A stretch of 64,000 nt of DNA, taken from contig JAGGAE010000001.1 of NCBI GenBank assembly GCA_017889725.1, positions 46,692-110,691 on the forward strand, read 5' to 3'. Shown in pieces: positions 63,360-64,000 of the stretch (position 1 is the stretch's first letter; the number at the start of each line of letters is the position of its first letter). Below the pieces are notes generated by a model. The model did no database searches, was not told the DNA's origin, and saw only the letters and a list, made by a program, of their open reading frames with translations. The translations under genes were made by a program, and so were the position numbers. This DNA is from Bacillota bacterium (GTDB lineage Bacteria > Bacillota > Negativicutes > Sporomusales > CTSoil-080).

Positions 63360-64000
63360 GTTTTTTGAAGGGCTGTGTGTCGGAAGTGTCTGACTGTACG
63401 GTTTCCGGGGGAAGAGAGTGAGGTTGGTTGGTTACAAGCGACTTTAACAGTTCTTCAAAGGCCGGCTGAGCGGCCGGACCATTGAATAATGTCGCTTCCA
63501 CTCTGCCTTTGATTTGTCGTGAGACGCGCCAACGAAGGGCAGCATCCTGTGCGAATTTTACCGCCCAGCCGACGAATTCTTCCGGGCTGGCGGCAATACC
63601 TTCCTCAATACCCAGCGCGCGCAACATGCCTGCTCCCCAACGGCTGCGGGATAGTTCACCTTCCTGGGTAACGATGGGCAAGCCTGAGTACAGTGCTTCC
63701 ATGTTGGTCGTCCAGCCGCCGTAGGGGTAAGTATCAAGCTGGATGTCGGCAATGGAGAGCAAGCCAAGGACGCTGCGGTAGTTGGCAATGGCGGGGAGAA
63801 TTAAGAGCCGGTCGGCAACACCCGCGTCGGCAGCCAACTTTTTGATTCTTTTAGCTAAGCGGACGTCAAGTCCGTCCGGAGTCGTGTACGGTTTAATGAG
63901 TACCCAGGCGTTGGGGGCTTGGCGGAGAATTTCAACATAAAGCGGTTCGCGTTCGGCTCGGTGTTTAATGCCATTGGCACAGGAGATGAAAAGAACAGCA
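63343..64000 (-). CDS. GT41 (SPINDLY / O-GlcNAc-transferase-like) glycosyltransferase, C-terminal part; the 5' end lies outside the window
   Basis: ADIQLDTYPYGGWTTNMEALYSGLPIVTQEG...SRWGAGMLRALG. The frame stays open up to base 64000 (hand-translated ...VLFISCANGIKHRAEREPLYVEILRQAPNAWVLIKP...). Confidence 0.7.
   Translation of the reverse strand, partial: AVLFISCANGIKHRAEREPLYVEILRQAPNAWVLIKPYTTPDGLDVRLAKRIKKLAADAGVADRLLILPAIANYRSVLGLLSIADIQLDTYPYGGWTTNMEALYSGLPIVTQEGELSRSRWGAGMLRALGIEEGIAASPEEFVGWAVKFAQDAALRWRVSRQIKGRVEATLFNGPAAQPAFEELLKSLVTNQPHSLPPETVQSDTSDTQPFKKLGSLS

Noticed and set aside
1-64000. A search for CRISPR arrays, tandem repeat arrays, IS elements, integrases, prophage genes, toxin-antitoxin pairs, and tRNA or rRNA genes.
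   Set aside because: I found no regularly spaced direct repeats. No DDE, tyrosine or serine recombinase motifs appear in any listed ORF. No cloverleaf-like or rRNA-like sequence appears in the intergenic regions I read. A tRNAscan or Rfam run would be needed for certainty.

Overview
This 64-kb window looks like chromosome from a Gram-positive-type (Bacillota-like) anaerobe. The regulatory grammar supports that: a T-box leader, a SAM-I (S-box) riboswitch, near-consensus sigma-A promoters, PhoP-type Pho boxes and strong GGAGG Shine-Dalgarno sites. I count about 58 protein genes and recognise no rRNA, tRNA, CRISPR array, transposase, integrase or phage gene. All calls come from reading motifs by eye; no database search was run.

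Gene content from left to right:
- Envelope and signalling: GT28 glycolipid synthase (partial), Zn-phospholipase-C-like protein, EAL-CBS-GGDEF and GGDEF/HD-GYP c-di-GMP proteins.
- Transport and regulation: pstS, a marR-MFS cassette, pstCA, a chemoreceptor, UspA, a 12-TM LuxR-type regulator, modABC with an HTH-PBP regulator, and a MATE pump.
- Small operons: a LysR regulator with a cyclase-SDR operon, then a B3/B4-domain protein.
- Centre of the window: a 1441-aa double BcrAD/BadFG-ATPase fusion, a C26 amidotransferase, TrpB2 behind a Trp T-box, an ArsC-family protein, citrate synthase, and CadC-type ArsR with a P1B-ATPase.
- Metabolism: asnB, D-aminoacylase, SixA, CYTH-CHAD and a C-N hydrolase.
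- Motility-related: an orphan motAB with unknown neighbours and a GAF-GGDEF protein, then NDH-2.
- Right end: the methanogen-type homocysteine genes (COG1900 / NIL-ferredoxin / COG2122) under a SAM-I riboswitch, ilvBN, an esterase-AEC fusion, and a glycosyltransferase cluster running off the right edge.

I do not see a compact mobile or defence-like island. The best candidates for poorly described biology are the giant ATPase/Cys-rich fusion, the riboswitch-controlled homocysteine module, the T-box-controlled TrpB2, the orphan stator neighbourhood with a shortened MotB, the esterase-transporter fusion, and the multi-modular glycosyltransferase cluster with a duplicated WWDYW domain.
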